Below are positions 61,893-64,000 of a DNA stretch of 64,000 nt, in pieces. A program made the position numbers and the translations under genes. This DNA is from Octopus sinensis (taxonomy: Eukaryota): contig NW_021833428.1 of assembly GCF_006345805.1 (NCBI RefSeq), forward strand, positions 1 through 64,000, in the 5' to 3' direction. A model generated the notes under the pieces. That model did no database searches, was not told the origin of the DNA, and saw only the letters and a list, made by a program, of their open reading frames with translations. Numbering within the stretch: position 1 is the first letter of the stretch; each line of letters begins with the position of its first letter.

Positions 61893-62704
61893 ATGACTGA
61901 TCTTGTGATTAATATAAAATCTAAAAAACAACTTAAGAAAGAGGCTAAGCTTAAAAAACGTCAAGAAAAAAAACAAGAACGAAAGTGAATTTGTAAATTT
62001 AATGTTTTAGAAAAAATAAACGTGAAAAAAGAATTCAAAAACGTAAACCTTGTCTTATTACTCGAATGAGTAATTCCCAAAAACTCTTTCACGTAGTTAT
62101 AGATTGTTCATTTAGAAATTACATGTCCGTTAATGTTAAAACCATTTAAATTATCAAATAGGACTGTAAAAAACTGTCGACTCAGTTAGCCGGGTGTTAC
62201 AGTTACAATCGGCGGTCTTTAAATCCTTTACAATTACATTTTACAAGTATGGATGAATATATGACTCAATTAATGCCTCATGATTATAATAAGTGGGATA
62301 TATTCACTCATTCTGATTATTTTTTGAACTGTTTTGTTGATAAATCTATCACTTATTTAACGGGGGACTCTCCAAACATAATAAATGAGTTATGTGAAGG
62401 AGAAGTGTATGTAATTGGTGGTCTTATCGATCACAATCATCACAAAGTGAACATATTATTGTTAATATGTAGAATTTGTGTTTTAACATTGCTTGTGAGA
62501 AAAATATAAAACACGGACGTCTACCTCTCAGTTCAGAGTTGATTAAACGCGAGTGTAATTGGATTTTGACTGTTAATCAAGGTATGTTTAATTACTATGT
62601 CAGTTTATCAAATATTGGTCGAATTTGCTAACATGGGGGATTGGACTTCAGCTATATTAAAATCACTTCCTGCCAGAAAACGAGCTTGTGTAGACTCCAA
62701 ATGA
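61893..62704 (+). CDS. TRMT10A: tRNA m1G9 methyltransferase TRMT10, multi-exon
   Basis: VIDCSF..M, QL..CYS.NRR, YLTGDSPN, VYVIGGLIDHNHHK, RLPL, LTVNQ|V, W..A....LP.RK. Confidence 0.9.
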
Positions 62705-62814
62705 TTATTATTATACTTTGAAATTTTTTTTGAGTGAGCTTAATAGATTATTTATTTTGAGCCTTAATATACAAATAATTTAAAGATATGATGTTAATAA
62801 CTTTTAATTGATTC

Positions 62815-63270
62815 GATTTTCTTTTTTTTTACTGTTCTTTTGAGGAATGGAAATTGAAAAAAGGCAGTGCGAAGACTAAGGCAGAAAAGTCTGCATGTAA
62901 GTTTTGGAGTTTGCAATCCTGTAGGATAGTAAATTGTAGAGCACTGCTGAGGACCACAAGAACAATGCATAGGCCGATTCGTAGACTGATCGATCGTGTA
63001 TAATGTCCAGGATTTTGTTCCATGCCATTGGAGGGTGGTTTTGAGAACGCTAACATTAAGGATTTCGATTTTAGTGACGTTTACTAAGAGTCCCAGACTG
63101 TTCAGTGACAGGATCGGGACCTTAGATAATGGATCAATAGGTCTTCTAATTGTGGTGTCGTCAGATATCATGGGTTGAATGGTGATCCGACTGAGCAGAC
63201 GACCTGGTCGATGCCAAGAGAGAAAAACACGAACTTGTTTCAAAGTACCGAAACGGTTACTTAAGGCAGT
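62815..63270 (-). mobile_element. Degenerate CRE-like fragment
   Basis: DQSLRIGLC-like motif and an A-rich tail. Confidence 0.45.
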
Positions 63271-63279
63271 TAGTTGTAG

Positions 63280-64000
63280 ATTTTATAGACTTATATCATA
63301 AAAACTATTTTTAAAAAGATTCTTTTGATTTTCAATCTGTTTAAAACTTTCTGAGCATCGGAAGTTTCAAATGATTAGCATACTTTTGAGAGTTCTTTTC
63401 AGTAAAATGGATTTGATGTAAGTTCTCGTTGCTTTTCAATTTTTATTTTATCTATATAATTTTTAAAGCATTTCAAGACAATTCCAGCTCACGTCAAAAT
63501 CACCGGAATAGTTTTTACATGTGCTTCATCAAGTATTGAAAGGTCATTCATTAGCCAGTAACTCATATTTGTGAAATTTCATGATTTCGACTTGTTTGAG
63601 GCGGTTTTGTGAAGTAATGCCTACCTCAATTAAAGTTATTTCATTCTTTATTTTATTGAAGTTTTTTTTCAATCTTAATTTACGTATCAATTCACATTTT
63701 AACATTCTGCGTCGGTATTATAGACTGAATCGAGTGAGCTTTCATTTTCTTTACTTTTTTAATACCATAGACTCGACACAAATAAAGATGGATATAGTGT
63801 ACAACTTGATTTTTCTCAGAAATAATCACTTTTTAATATTTACCACACTGACAATTTTCCTGCTATTTTTGCAATAATTGCATCAAGACCCGATGAATGC
63901 GAAAAATAAATTCCTATCCTGCCAGAGACAGTACAATGCCTAACTCCGTGGACAGTTGCTTCTTTTAGATGACCACTCGAGGACGTGGCTGGGTCAACAT
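63280..64000 (-). mobile_element. R4-like RLE retrotransposon fragment (runs off window)
   Basis: WQDRNLFF..CNYCKNSRK, NQVVHYIHLYLC, IKIEKN.NNK, LIEVGITSQNRL.QVEI.K. Confidence 0.85.

Noticed and set aside
1-64000. Prokaryotic systems (CRISPR arrays, bacterial operons, prophage)
   Set aside because: No regular repeat-spacer array; genes are intron-rich with metazoan markers (innexin, XBP1).

Overview
AT-rich eukaryotic (metazoan) nuclear DNA with extremely short spliceosomal introns, mostly 19-31 nt. Together with a lophotrochozoan-type innexin this is most consistent with a dicyemid-like reduced parasite (inference, not proven). Host genes recognised: HARS, tRNA-Arg(TCG), TMEM19, a Rab11-FIP-like gene with an extra Sec5-type IPT domain, innexin, EXOSC5, an SLC5 pseudogene with an inverted partial duplicate, XBP1 with a 20-nt IRE1-type intron, FLAD1, an SLC30/ZnT, CLEC16A, SMYD, a histidine phosphatase (TIGAR/PGAM-like), ORC5, PSENEN and TRMT10. 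Much of the rest is decayed transposon DNA: two Tc1, pogo/Tigger, hAT-Buster, two TGT...ACA Ginger-like elements, many CRE-like and R4-like RLE retrotransposon fragments, APE/RT LINEs and a tRNA-like SINE. The strongest candidates for something new are: DNA transposases that carry host-style micro-introns; an inversion whose breakpoints lie exactly at Ginger termini and can be reconstructed from a displaced TSD; the dual-frame XBP1 switch; and the C2-IPT-RBD fusion protein. Family calls come from motif recognition by eye, and boundaries of decayed TE fragments are approximate.
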